Shown here: positions 12,918-28,499 of the stretch, one piece after another
Numbering within the stretch: position 1 is the first letter of the stretch
Layout of the letters: the number at the start of each line of letters is the position of its first letter
Source: the human T2T-CHM13v2.0 reference genome, Homo sapiens
Assembly (NCBI RefSeq): GCF_009914755.1
Contig: NC_060932.1
Reading direction: 5' to 3' (one strand)
DNA length: 64,000 bases
The notes under the pieces: generated by a model
Seen by the model: only the letters and a program-made list of their open reading frames with translations
Database searches by the model: none
Told to the model about the DNA's origin: nothing
Made by a program: the position numbers and the translations under genes

Positions 12918-13551
12918 CTATCTGGTTCACATTTTTATACTTCTACAACATAAGTACAAATTCACAAATAACATATTCTATTGTTTTATATTTTAAATAG
13001 TTTTTACTAAGCAAAATTTTACATAAATGATTTTATACTGAATGTATCATTTTATAGCCTTTATTTTTTAAAAAACAACAACAACAACAAAACACTATTT
13101 TCAAGATCTACCCATGTTGATACATGGAAATTTAGTTTATTCATTTTGACTGCAATGTAAATACACATTTTCATACATGTATCTTCTTGCTCATGCAGGA
13201 GAGTTTCTCTAGGTTATATGCCTAGAAGCAGAATTACTGAAGAAAACCTTTTAAAAGTTGAAAAATGCTATAACCAACCTCTATCCCCATACTGATTATA
13301 CTTGTAGGTGCTAATATTCACTGGGTGGAAAAATAACAGGTGCATTTGGATTCTCAGAGCCCTTCCAGTACAAGGTCTAAAATGACTATATCAGGGTGAT
13401 GAATGCCCATACATCAAGGTCCTTTAGGCCTGTTTTCTCATTTTTATAATGAAGGTAATAAAAATACCTTCTTCATAGGGTTTCTATGTGGATTAGATAA
13501 AATAATACACGTAAAGCATTTAGCACAGTGTCTGGCACTTAGTAATAGCTC

Positions 13552-15949
13552 AAGGCATACCTTGAAGATATTGTGGGTTCAGTTCCAGACCACCAAAATA
13601 AAATAAATATTGCAATAAAACGAGACACACAAATTTATGGTTTCCTATTATATAAAAGTTATATTTACATTATATTGTGGGCTATTAAGTGTGCAATAGC
13701 ATCACGTGTAAAAATGTATATACCTTAATTTAAAAATACTTCATTGCTAAAAAATACTAATGATCATCTGAGCCTTCAGCAAGTCAAAGACATAATCTTT
13801 TTGCTGGTGGAGAGTCTTGCCTCGATGTTGATGGTGGCTGAATGATCAGGGTGGTGGTTGCTGAGAGTTAGGGTAGCTGTGGCGGTTTCTTAAAATAAGA
13901 TAACAATGAAGTTTGCCACATCAATTGACTCTTCCTTCCACAAAAGATTTCTCTGTAGCATGCACTGCTGCTTGGCAGCATTTTACCCACAGTAGAAGTT
14001 CTTTCAAAATTGGAATCAATCCTCTCAAACTCTGCTGCTGCTTTATCAACTAAGTTTATGAAATCTTCTGAATCCTTTGTTGCCATTTCAACAATGTTTC
14101 CAGCATCTTCTCCAAGAGTAGATTCCATCTAAAGAAACTACTTTCTTTCCTCTTCCATAAGGGATCAACTACTCACCTGTTCAAGTTTTATCATGAGACT
14201 ACAGCAATTCAGTCACATCTTAGGCTCCACTTCCAATTCTAGTTCTCTTGCTATTTCTACCACATCTGTGGTTCCTCCCCTGAAGTCTTGAACCCCTCAA
14301 AGTCATGCATGAGAGTTGGAGTCAACTTCTTTCAAGCTGCTGTTAATGTTGATATTTTGAACGCTTCCCATGAATGACAAATAGCTTCCAGCTTGGTGCA
14401 TTTTTACAGAAAGTTTTCAATTCACCCAGATCCATCAGAGGAATCACTATCTATGGAAGCTATAGCCTTACAAAATGTATTTCTTAAATAATAAGACTTG
14501 AAAGTTGAAATTACTCTTTCATCCATGGGCTGCAGATGGATGTTGGGTTAACAGGTATGAAAACAATATTAATCTCCTTATACATCAGAGTTCTTGGGTG
14601 ACTAGGTGAATTGTCAGTGAGACATAATATTTTGAAAGACATCTTTTTTCTGAGCAGTAGTTCTTAACAGTGGCTTAAAATATTCAGTAAACCATGCTGT
14701 GAACAGATATGTGATCATACAGGCTTTGTTGTTCCGTTTCTAGAGCACGTGTAAAGGAGGTTTAGCAAAATTCTTTTTTTTTTCTTTATCAATACCCTGA
14801 CATAATTTAGCTTAATTCTTAAAAGCCCTAGCATTTGTGGAATGGTAAATGAACACTGGCTTCAACATAAAGTCACCCCTGCATTAGCCCCTAAGGAGAG
14901 AGTCAGCCTCTCCTTTGAAGCTTTGAAGCCAAGCATTGACTTCTCCTCTCTATGAAGTCCAAATGGCATCTTCTTCCTATATGAGTCTGTTTAGTCTATA
15001 TTGAAAATCTGTTGTTTAGTATAGTCCCTTTTATTAATGATCTTAGCTAGATCTTCTGGATAATTTGCTGCCGCTTCTACATCAGCACTTCCTGCTTCAC
15101 CTTGTACTTTCATGGCACAAAACAAACTCTTTCCTTATACCTCATGATCCAACCTCTGCTAGCTTCAAACTTTTCTTCTGAAGCTTCCTTACCTCTCAGC
15201 TTTCATAAAATTGAAGGGAGTTAGGGCCTTGCCCTGGATTAGGCTTTGGCTTAAGGTTTAATCTTCTATTCAGACCATTTAAACTTTCTCCAAATTAGCA
15301 ATAAGGCTGTTTCATTTATGAGTTCACTGGAGTAGCAATTTTAACATCCTTCAAGAACTTTTCCTTTGCATTTACAACTTGGCTAACTGGCATAAGAGGC
15401 CTAGCTTTCAGCCTATCTCAGCTTTTGGCCTGCCTTCCTCATTAAGCTTAATCATTTCTTGTTTTTTGGTTTCAAGTGAGAGGCATGCAACTCTTCCTTT
15501 CACCTGAACACTTAGATGTCATTGTAGGGTTACTAACTGGCCTAATTTCAAGATTGTGTTTCCAAGAATAGGGAGGCCCAAGAAGAGGAAGAGATGGGGG
15601 AATGGCTGGTCAGTGGAGTAGTCAGAACACACACACACATTTATTAAGTTCACTGTCTTCAGTGGGAGTGGTTCATGGCACTTCAAAACAATTGCAATAT
15701 TAACATCAAAGATCACTGATTACAGATCACCATAACAGATATAATAATAACTTAAAAGTTTGAAATATTGTGAGAACTACCAAAATACGACACAGAGGCA
15801 TGAAATGAGCACAGGCTGCCGAAAAATGTTGCCAATAGACTCGCTGGTTGCAGGGTTGCCACAAACCTTCCATTTGTAAACAAAAACAAAAAAACAAAAA
15901 AAACTGTGAAGTGCAATAAAGCAAAGCACAATAAAATGAGGTAAGCCCA
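13552..15949 (-). mobile_element. Tigger1 DNA transposon, near full length, decayed transposase
   Basis: Ends match Tigger1 termini (AGGCATACCTTGAAGATATTGTGGGTTCAGTTCCAGACC... and ...GCAATAAAGCAAAGCACAATAAAATGAGGTA), length ~2.4 kb. ORF 13868-14128 ([18 protein letters not shown]...TSLLSYFKK) is Tigger1-encoded C-terminal sequence. Confidence 0.93.
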
Positions 15950-17567
15950 TAAATATTAGCTGTTACCCAGAGTGTTATTTTAAGATGATGGGATATAGGA
16001 CTCAATGGTTTTTATTTGAAGGTAGTATTTCATAGAAAGTTTTTAAGGAAGAAAGAAAACTTTATTCTTCTCTGTAATATCATTTTTGGAAGTTTTATCT
16101 GAATATTTTCCTTTTCCTTTCACATTGTATTTAATTCATATTCTTGGCAGAATCTCAGCACTGAAACAGTAAGAAGAAAACAGTAGAGAAAGGCAACTAA
16201 GTAGAAAATAACTCCTGCTGGACAGCCTGTTTTTGCAGGATGACCACGTTTCACCCTTCTTTTCTGCCATCCATTCTTAGAATTGTCACATTAACTGCAC
16301 GTATGCTAGCCAAGAAACTCATCAGCAATTACCAAAAACAATTCTGTTTCTAGTACGGCTCCAGTTTTTAAAATTTCATCTACCTTTGCCAGGGGAATCC
16401 CATTAGAAATGTGTTAGAGGAAGACATATTTAAATAGTAATTTCCTAGCAAATGTGGTCAGAACCCAAAATGGCTAATTGAAAGTTTGTGTGATATGAAA
16501 AGATAGGCAAGAGATGACATATAATAACTTGAACATATCAGCTGATATTTAGGGCTGGAAGGGAAAATTTAGGGCCCTGTGTTAACTTGTTGAAATTCAT
16601 ACTTGGGAGTTTTCAATAAACATCACAAGTTGTTTGTAAAATGACTGTGCCAAACCAACATTCCTGTCAACGATCAAAGAAAGTAAGATTTTTAAATGGT
16701 TGGATAACTCAGCAAGGGAGAAAAATTTATCTGAGGTCTCGGGGCCAGAGATCTGTATTCAATTTCAAATTGTTTCTAAGGGTTTAGTATCCTGTGATAA
16801 AAGCAAAACTTTGTACAATGTATCCCAAGGACATGAGGGAAAAACTGAACAATTACTACAGAGCTGTGATTTTGAGATGACTTTGTTCAAAGAAAATTCC
16901 CACACACTGAAGCTGCTACTATAATTTATTTTTTACAGCGGAGGAAGCCCAATCTAGATTTATAAAGTTAGTTCCATAGATCACATGAGCCCTTTTAAAT
17001 GATCTTCTCTGTATTTCAGTGTTGAATAGAACAGGAATAATTTAGTGGCAAGCATTTTGGGGTATAGAAACAATACTTGAGACTATTTTCAGAAGTACAA
17101 TCTGCAGCACAATCAAGTTCAAGAGTTTGGATGACTAAAGTTGATGATTAATCACAAAGAAGTATTTCTTTTGTTTCCACCTTAATATTTACTGATTTAT
17201 AGACCCAACAGGAAAACAAGTGTGGAATTCTTGTTTTTCTTTAAAACAAACAATGGATTCCCTTGAAATACTACATTTTAAAGGCTAAGGAAATCTGGAG
17301 GAGAGTGGAAGTTCCTTTCATTCTCTCCTCTGTCCAAACCCTACTCCCACTTTACCCCCATCTAGTAATGAATCACTGTTTTCTTTTAATTAGGCTTCTA
17401 ACATACATTTGCATTGATTTTTCACAAACGAAGAATTTCCAACCTGAGAAACCTAAATATGAATCTACGCGTTTGCTTCAAGAAAATTCAAAATAAATAA
17501 ACAGAACTTCATGACAAGACATTTTAACAAGAGATGATAGGAAAATTGATTAAAGGCATTGATCTAT

Positions 17568-18006
<439 letters not shown>

Positions 18007-20011
18007 TAATAGAAAATCCTAGAAGAAGAAACATGTTTGATACTGAAGGCAGAGAACTTAAGAGCCTGAAGGGTTTTTGCAGAGAGTTTGGTTTCTGAGT
18101 CTTCCAAAAAGTAGTTACAATGTAACTGTGTAAATTTATAAATTATAAAATTACAAAGTAATTCTGGATCTGCCTCTATGGTGTCTGCTAATTTGCCCCT
18201 CTGTTTAACCTGGCCAGTTTCATGATCTCTGATGCTGGTGAGACCACACCTTGTCACCTCTAGGTCCTCCCTTTTCAGTAAGTGACCTCTGAACAAGACG
18301 TTTCAACTTTATATGTACCCAGGAATTTGGATCTAGTTCTCTGCCCTCAGCAGCACCACACCTCTAGCCTACGCCCTGGGTCCTCAAGCCCAGCCTATAT
18401 TTGCCATATCTTGGCCCCATCCCACAGTAGGGAAGATTGAACACAACTTAACAGACCGATTATCTAGTCATTGTTATCAACCTCAATATTGCAGAAAATA
18501 TCTGTGGATGTTTATGGATGGTATATGTATTTATGTGTGAGTATGTATTACACACACACACACACATTTATATCCATAAAATCTAAGCTCATAATTTCAA
18601 TAGATATAACACGTCAAGCAAGACTTTAACTCATTTTCTTCCTTCTCTCCTCTTTTTAAAATTTATTTAATTAACAAACTGAGCTACTAGAGAAAACATA
18701 TCAGACACAGTCCATGTCTGAACACTCACAGAATTCAGGGTATATATTTGAGTTGGACACTTATCCTATTACAAATCTATGTGCTACAAAGCTATATGCT
18801 ATCTGCTATCCGGGTGTTTTATGCTCTTTGTCTAAAGCCTTCAGAAGTGCCTGTAATCTCATGACCTTGTCAGTCTATTGCCGTTTTCAGTCTGTCTCCA
18901 CCCTTGACCTCATTTCCAGCCTGGCTTTCATCACCCTCACATGCATACGAAACTCTCTTACCCTGTTTCTATTCCACTCTGCTGGTCATGCCAATTCCCA
19001 TCTGCTTGCTTTTTCTGTTCTTTCTTCTGAACTTCAGAAAAATGCTGATTCAATTCTCTTTAAATGCATACCACCTAACCTCAGTTTAGCAACCTCATTA
19101 TTCATTTCTTGTTGATTCCAGAGCACAGTTCCTAACACAGCGATTCCCAGCATTTTCCATTCTTCTAAGTCCCTAATGCCCACATTCTTTCATTCCTTTT
19201 ATTTAGCAAATTCTAACTGAGAATCAAAAATATGCTGTATACTGTGCTGGGCAGAGGGTATTATACTAGAGACAGAACAGAGCCAGTCCCTGCCCTAACA
19301 GATCTTGCAGTCTAGTGAGGGAAACTGAGGTAACCCCTCCCCCTTTCCTGCTTTACTGATACCATTCAATAAAGGGGAAAGCACTTGACCCCCTTATCCA
19401 CCTTTGTCCCATGCCATCTCTCCCTGCCTTCCCTTCAAGTTTCTCTATCTTATTTCCTTCCCATGAGCTCTTGAATTCATTCCCTTCTTCCCTCTTCCAA
19501 GACCTTACTCCTTATGGGCCTTAATATTTTTTATTTTGAAATAAGTGATACTTATCTTAAACACTTTAAACAGTCTGTATCAAACACAAAACTGTATTTG
19601 ACTCTCTTTGATGAAAGAAGTGCTGAGCATATTTGCTAATAGTTTCTAACTCAGAATTGGCAAGGTTTATTTAAGTGTTATCTTATACTTCTTTTCCTTT
19701 TGAAATTTGGTTCTGTCCCAAAATAATCAGCAGAGGAGCCAATGGGTTGACATCCTTGGATCTGGTCTAAACGTTCTGATTAACAGTTCCTCAGCAGATG
19801 TGTCAGCATTACTTCTCTTGAAATGATTCTATGTGGATTGTCTTCCAGGTACTTTTTATTTTGCTATGAAAAAAGTCCCACACATCTTTGGTTTGGTTTT
19901 TCTGTTTTTAATCTTAGCCTCGCTAACAAATGTAAAGAAAAATTATTCTCATCTTCTGGCTAATTTTGGATTGGTAAGGAAGAGTGTTTGAGTATCTAGG
20001 AATTCTTATAA

Positions 20012-20333
<322 letters not shown>

Positions 20334-21237
20334 ACAATTACTTCTTATATGCTACTTACTGCATCAGTTCTTGAAAAACTCTCTCCTATAGGTGATGTCA
20401 TCCATGACTTTATTGTGGTCATAACCTGGGAAATCCTGAGTGGATGGTCCCTCAGTTCCAGTGTCTTATTTTTCAGAAAGAGGATGCTAGAAATTTCCCT
20501 TTAGGAAAACATCCGGTTCCTCTTTTGAAAATAACACAAAAAGGGCATCACACAAAACAAGTTTGGAAAGGTGATGAGAGCACCATGGATGGTTCTGCTT
20601 CACCATTGTTCTTCAAGGCACCATTTCTTCTCCAGGGACTCAGAATATGTGATCAAGAAGCACAAATATATCATTTCTTTATTACTGTTGACACAATCTG
20701 ACAGCTATTGCAGAGATTTGTGAGAAAACTGGTAAATAAATCCTAGAAAACAGGTAGGCTCTTCAAGTGTTTGAGGTAAGAGTCTCGCATCATGATGAGT
20801 CTGAGAACTCAGTTCTTTTATAAGAATGGCTGTCTTTGCTCTTGAATGCATGCATTATGGGAGGCGAGATGAAAGGGCAGGTGGTATCTACATCCCCCCA
20901 CTCTCCACCCACTCCTCACACAATGCACCTCCCTTTCTTTGAGTCAGGGAAGACTCCACCTTCTGCCACACCCTCAGTGTCCCAGTTGCCCATTCTCCTT
21001 AATCATCGTAATTGGCACTTTCCCAGACCCTCAAGGTACTTAGGACCTCGTGGCAGTGTTGGGGCTGAGACTCATTGAGTCAAAAGATCTAGCCTCTGCC
21101 AGGGAGAGGTCAGCAGTGGAAATTATCAAATCCAAGAGACAAAGTGAACTTTAGTTCATTATGTTGTCTGTCAACATGCACAGGTTCTAGTCTAAGGGGC
21201 CTGGGACAGAGAATAGGAGAGGACTTCTAGGCATTAA

Positions 21238-21552
<315 letters not shown>

Positions 21553-22129
21553 TGCGTTAATGTTTTAAGACAGCAATGGTTGTGCAAATCTTAGATCAGG
21601 GAGATCTTTCCAAATAGAAGAAGCAGGTTATAGACTTGTGCAAAGGGTCTTCTATAAACCAGGTGAGCAGGTCATAAGGGAATAGGACCCCCAGATGACA
21701 CAGCTAGAGCACGAAGGGCTTCAGTTCCACTAAGGATACCGAGGTGGATCTAGGAATCTGGGTCTTGCGCAGGTTTATCAGTTTGGCTACATGGTGATGA
21801 CTCTTCTCCAAAGCACAGGCCAGATGTGACTAATTCCAGGTGCCTCCAGATCTGTCCTGGCTGCTACCCTTTAATTTGATATAGGAGAGGGAGAGGGGTG
21901 GTGTAGCTTACAGACACCAAAGTGTTCGTTCATCCAGAACTGCTGGCACAAAGCAAAAGTGGGTGCAAAGGTTGGCAGTGGCTGACTTGAAACCACAGGT
22001 CAAAGCTCATCTCACACATGCACATATACATATACACACATACACGTACACAAACACACACATTAGGACGTTCTATTCTTTTGGATCAAAAAATGCCACC
22101 TACATAGTTACAAAAGGCCTGACTTGGCA

Positions 22130-22780
22130 GCCATTCATGAGGGAAAAAAAAAAGACTTGGGATTTTAATGTTCACAAGCTCAAAATGAGTGAGTTGTGAT
22201 ACAGTGCTGCAAAAACAAAACAAAACAAAACAAACAAACAAACAAAAAAAGTCAGTGAATCTTAGGTTGCATTAGCAAAGCATGTATAGTGTCCAGATAA
22301 AGGAAGTCAATGGTCCCACTGAACTCAGCAATGGTCAGGCCTCATCTGGAGGCTTATATTTAAGCACATTTTAAAGAGAGACACATGCAAACTAGCATGA
22401 ATCCAAAGACAGACAACTAGGTTAAGAGAAGTCTGGAAACCATGTCACCTGATATGTGGTCAAAAGAACTGGTTGTACTTGGCTAAGAGAGAAAAGACTA
22501 GAGCAGAAATGAAGTGTCTTCCAACACTTAAAGGATCGTCTGATGAAAGAAGAAGTAGCTTCATGGTTTGTTAATCCAGAGGGCAAACTGAGTACTAGAT
22601 TTCAGCTCAATGAAAAGCAGACATTTTAAAGAATCAGACCCACATGACAATAAAATTAAATATTTTCTCATGTATCCCATACATTTGCACAAATGAAAAA
22701 TTTAAATACTTTCCAAAATCATGAACTATCTATTACTGAATATGTTCAAGTAGAGCTTAGATGGTCATGTAAGGGATCCT
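22130..22780 (+). mobile_element. CR1/L3 LINE 3' fragment
   Basis: Characteristic CR1 ORF2-end sequence (CTTAGGTTGCATTAGC...GGTCAGGCCTCATCTGGAG = VRPHLE; TCTGGAAACCATGTC). Confidence 0.75.
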
Positions 22781-23059
22781 AATTTGTTTTTTTGTGGGGG
22801 AGGCAGTGGGAGGAGGCTTATAGGAGAGGTGGGGGAAGTTGGATTAGAGGGCTGCCAGGATCCTTCTTGGCTCTTAGAGTTCATAATTATTCTCTACCGA
22901 CGTTTCCATCCAAACACCATCCCTTCCACTTCTTCCAGAGTTTGCTCCCACAATCTCCCCAACCTTCTCTAGCATCTTAACTTTTTCTCTCTCCAAAGCC
23001 TCTTTCTAATTTTTGTTAAGGAAGGGAACAACTGTCGTTTGATCTTGTTTTTGACCATA

Positions 23060-23530
23060 GTGGACTGTTATTATTTTTATTATTTTCAACTGTTCAGCAT
23101 CTTTGTGTTTGGAAACAGCATCCTGATTTATTTGGAGACCCATCCCTCCCTCATTCTTGGTTCATAATATTAAAGTCATGACCTGTAAGGGTTATGATCT
23201 TTGCCTGGCATAGTGACTATTTTAGGGATGGACATTTGACACAGTAGTCCAATATGAATTAGTGATGAGATTTTTACTGGAACTATTAGGAACTGTTGGG
23301 GACACTTATGTGTTAATTGCAAAGCTGGAGTTGCCAGAAGCCAACATGTGGAAAGAGTCTGCAAGAGAATAAAGCCAACACAGAAAAGTGGGTGTTGGGG
23401 AGGGTGGAGAAAGAGAACGAATATCCTGATGATATTGTTGAGTCTCTGGACTTTCCAGTTACCCAAGGCAATAAATTACCTGTTTTATTTAGCTCTCCAT
23501 CTCTTGAAGCCAAAGTAGTCTGAACAATAT
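23060..23530 (+). mobile_element. Old MaLR LTR (MLT1J/K-like)
   Basis: MLT1-like motifs (GAATAAAGCCAACACAG...GGACTTTCCAGTTACC...AATAAATT). Confidence 0.55.
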
Positions 23531-24117
23531 GTTTGTCCTTTCAGTTTCTAACTTCTCTCCTTCTCTCTCCTTCCCATGGCTTCTAAGGCCCAAGAAAACT
23601 TGGCCCTGCCCACCTCTCCAACTTCATCTCTCTCCACAACCCTCTTGAGACTCTTGCTGTGTATACAGCATTAATGCGAAAAGTGCAGACTGGCTCCAAG
23701 GCTCTGAGCTGGTCTTTCTGAAATCTGACTCCCTTGTAACATTTTTGCAGGGAATCTTCTTTTCACTTCTAAATGCTTTTTGTTTCTGAGTCTTCCTTTC
23801 ACATTGATACGTCCATTTCTATCTATGGCTCCTCCACTTTTCTACCCTTTAGGTTAGAATCCTAATCTCCTATCTAACACATTTATTAAGCACATCCCAT
23901 ATGGGTCAGGTGCTGGGCAATTCAATAAGAAAGACAACATTCACAGCCTGATCATCTTGGGTTTAAAGGAAAGAACACTTGACACAGCTGTATCTGAATC
24001 TCAGTTTGGAGAGAATCCAAGTGGCCGTCCTTTTGAACCTTGATTTCACATAATGTAGAAAAGCCATCGTCCTCTTGAGATATTCCCATTGCAACTCCTT
24101 TCAAGACATCTTATTTA

Positions 24118-24435
<318 letters not shown>

Positions 24436-24958
24436 CAGATATACGGCGCAAAATTTGAAAGGAATAAAAGGGTAGAGTGAAAGTCTCTTTTTAAATTCTA
24501 TTCTTTAATTTCCACCTCTTCAGTGCCTCTCCTGCAGACAACTATTATCCGTTTCATATGTATTGATCAAAAGCAAGTCTGTGCACATACAAATAAATCT
24601 ATATATATCCTCCCCAGCCCTACCTACCTCTCTTACACAGTACTAACCTTTGCACCCTGCTTTTTTACTCAAGAATATATCTTGGAGAATTACTATTAAT
24701 ATATCAGTACCTACAAACTCACACAGTTCTTTTTAATGGCTGCATGATATTTAACTTTACAGATACACCATATATTAACTAAATAATTTCCTATTGGTAT
24801 ACCTTATGTTGTTTCCAATATTATGCTCCTACAAACATATTTGTAAGAATTATCTGGGTTATATATTATTTTACACATATTGTGAATTACCTGTAGGATA
24901 AATTCCTAAAAGTGGAATTGCTGGTTTAAAGGATATGTCCACTTTCCATACTGATATC

Positions 24959-25334
24959 TGATTTGGTTTGGCTCTGTGTCCCCATGTAAATCTTATCTTG
25001 AATTGTAATCCCCATAATCCCCAAGTGTCGAGGGAGGGATGTGGTGGGAAGTGATTGGGTCATGGTGGTAATTTCCCCCATGTTGTTCTCATGATAGTGA
25101 GTGAGTTCTCACGTGATCTGATGGTTTTATAAGTGTCTGGCATTTCCCTTGTTTGCACTTCTTTCTCTCCTGCCGCCTTGTGAAGAAGGTGCCTGCTTCT
25201 CGTTCCACCATGATTGTAAGTTTTCTGAGGCCTCCTTGGCCATGCAGAACTGTGAGTCAATTAAATCTCTTTCCTTTATAAATTACTCAGTTTCAGGGAA
25301 GTTCTTTATAGCAGTGTGAAAACAGACTAATACA
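24959..25334 (+). mobile_element. THE1D/MSTA-type MaLR solo LTR, inserted in an old antisense L1M (~24500-25700)
   Basis: TGATTTGGTTTGGCTCTGTGTCCCC ... ACAGACTAATACA with a perfect 5-bp TSD ATATC. Confidence 0.9.
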
Positions 25335-25883
25335 ATATCTATTGTCCAATTATCCTACAAGTGATCACATAAATCACCTTGATAAGACAAATGGTCTTAT
25401 CAGCAATGTATGCATTGCCTATTTTCCAACATCCTCTTTAACAAAGTGTATTATTAAACATTTTGGTCTTTGCAAATTTGTTAAAATGTTATCTCATTTT
25501 CATTTTAACTTGCACACTTAATTGTGAGTGAAGTGGATTATCTTTTGTTTTTAAAACCCATTTGTATTTCCTTTTCTAGAACCATTTGTTCATGTCCTTT
25601 GCCCATTTTCCTATTAGGATGTTGACCATTATTGATTGGTACAAGCTGTTTATATTTTGTGGAAATTAGCCTCTTTTCTATCATATGTGTTTCAATTTTT
25701 TTCTATATTGCTGTTTAATCTTTCATTTTGTCTATGGGTTCTCTTTTTGCTTTGTCTTATTTACATTTGCCAAGAACATGACAACTTTGACTCTTTTCTC
25801 TTTTTCACCCTCAGTATATTGCTAACTCTTAAAATTTGTTCCTTCTTACCATTTCTAGTATGGAAAAAAAAAAGAACAAACCT

Positions 25884-26142
25884 AGGTTCTGCCTTCATAA
25901 ATGGGGTGGGTTAACATGGGAGTGGGTTTGTCACAAAAGTGTGTTTGGTCCTGTCTTGCTCTTCCTCTTGTCCATGTGATGCTTTCTGCCATGTAATGAT
26001 GTAGCAAGATGGCCCTCATCAGATGTGCCCACTCAACCTTGGACTTCCCAGATCCAGAACAATGAGCCAAATACACTTCTATTGTTTAACAATTACCCAG
26101 TCTGAGGTATTATATTATAGCAGCACAAAATGGACTAAGACA
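25884..26142 (+). mobile_element. MST-family LTR 3' part
   Basis: Ends GCAGCACAAAATGGACTAAGACA. Confidence 0.8.
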
Positions 26143-26404
26143 GCTGTTGTCTTATAAGTAAATCACAGTGCATCTATACCAAGGAAGTTCACATAGCTAC
26201 AAAAACAAAGCTTAAAGCTATTAATGACAAGAGAAAATGCTCACACTATTATATTAGAGGCAAGATTCAAGATTGCTTATACAGCGAGATCAGTACCATA
26301 TAAAAGTATATCAAAATCAGAAAGAAATATGTCAAAGCAGCAGTTACCTGTGTTTAGAGATTATGCATAATATTTTTCTGGTTCCTTTTACTTTTCTGTG
26401 TGTT

Positions 26405-26620
26405 GCCTGGGCAACATAGCAAGAGCCCATCTCTAAAAATTTTTTTAAAACAATAGCTGGGCATGGTGGTGTCTCCTGTAGTCCTAGCTACTTAGGAGGC
26501 TGAGGTGGGAGGATCACTTGAGCCCAGGAGTTCAATGGTGTAGCCAGCTATGATTATGCCACTGCACTCCAGCCTGGGCAATAGAGTGACACCCTGTCTG
26601 TAAACAATAACAACAAAAAC
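26405..26620 (+). mobile_element. AluJ, 5' truncated
   Basis: Alu linker, right arm and A-rich tail. Confidence 0.88.
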
Positions 26621-28499
26621 CGAAAACACATTGTCTATCTTTATTTACGACCCCATAATGACTCCCTGTTCCCTACAGCATGATGTTTAAATTATTCAGT
26701 CTAGTACCCCGATATTCTAACTTTGGCCCCACTCTACTGAAATTATCCAAGTGTATTTACTACTACTGCCCAATAAACATCCTCCACCCTAGTTGGACTG
26801 GTCTGTCACTGTTTGTGCCTACACCATGCCTTTTCTTGATTTTGCTCATTCTGTTCACTGTGCTTGTAATGCACTTCCTCAGGCTCCCTTTGTGCCCAAA
26901 TCCTTCTCATCTTCAGGAGGTTCCACCTTCTCCATCTTGACTTTCACCTTGCCCTTTGCCAAACTCTCGGAGCATGTTCTTTTCATCATAGCCACAACAT
27001 AATGCTTCACGGTTCTGCCACCATTTCTTGTGTGCTAATTTTGACTCTTCAACTATTTTGAAAGCTCTGTGAAGGCAGGCAGTATTAATCATTATCTTCT
27101 TTTCACCCTCTGCTCTGTTTCCACACAGTGCTGAGCAGAGGGTAAGGCTCGATAAACTGCTGACAAGGCTGATATGATGACCAAGTTCTTGGGCAATGTC
27201 TTCTTTCCTCCTTTCCTCTGTTCTTACCTGCTAGCCTCTCTTCTGAGTAGTGCTCAGTAGCAGAGGCAAATTAGTTGAAGCCCCAGAACATTGGGGTTCT
27301 GAGCCCTGGCTGCACATTATAAGTATCTGGGGAGCTTTAAAAAATATGGCTGCTCACCTTCTCCCTTTCTTGTGCCCCACCTCCGAGCTCCAGAATTTTA
27401 TTGGTCTAAGATGGGACCAGCATTGGTATGTTTTCTAAAGCTCCCTTGTTGATTCTAACGGTTTCATTGAGTCCCACTCCTTTCAAGACCCAGCCCCGCT
27501 GGCGTGCACCCATTCAGCACTTTCCTGTCTGGTTTCCAGGCAGGAAGTCATCCTAGAACTGGCCAGAGACTCCAAAGAGACGGTCTTTAGATAAGTCCTT
27601 TGACATCAGCTATAGCCTTTGTTGTATTTCAAAGGTGTTTACCTTCAAATTGACAACTGTCTGCACTGGGGCCTGCTCTGAAGGTTGCCTTTCAGTCTAG
27701 GCACCAAGATAAGCTAATGGGTAGATAGACCAGCACTAGGGTTAAAATAAGCTCAGATCTCCCCAAACAATACCCTGTTGTTATACAGTTAAGCAATCTG
27801 ATTGAAGCAATTTGTTTTAATTGGAAATGCAATACACAATTTTTATGACAGAGCTAGAACACTGTGTCAAGGAAAAGTAATTACGTATATACAAATAGGA
27901 AAACCTCAACTATTATCAACCATTATAAAAACTCTACTAATATGTTAGTACATAGCTCCCCTATTTATATAAGAACAACAAAACAACAACAACAGCAATA
28001 ATACTAATAGTTAACAATTTTTAACACTTACTGTAAACCAGGTACCCATCCTAAATGTTTAATTTGGATTTTTCTCATTTAAAGTGGCAGCCCTGTGAAA
28101 GATGTACTATTATTATCCTCATTTTATCTATGAGGAAATTGAGGCACTGTATTACAAAAGATTTGCTAGCTGGGAAGTGGCAGAGCCAAGATTAGAAAAT
28201 GTTCAGAGATATCTACTCAACAACTTCCTAGTTTCTATTTCAAAGGAAAATGAGATTGAATTGAGAAAAAAAGAAACCCAAGCTGTCCCAAATATGAGTA
28301 CATATTAAATACTTTTTACTATTTTTACTTTAATAATTTTTAATGGAAATTACTCCAAAGTCTACTGTACACATCACTGCTTCCTTAAATAGAAGAAACT
28401 GAACACAATTTAACCTTTTCTTAAAGACTTCATGTTACTGTCATAGACTTTATCTGGGGAGGCTAGATGGAGCCTGATTCTCTGGGGCTTTTTATGGTT

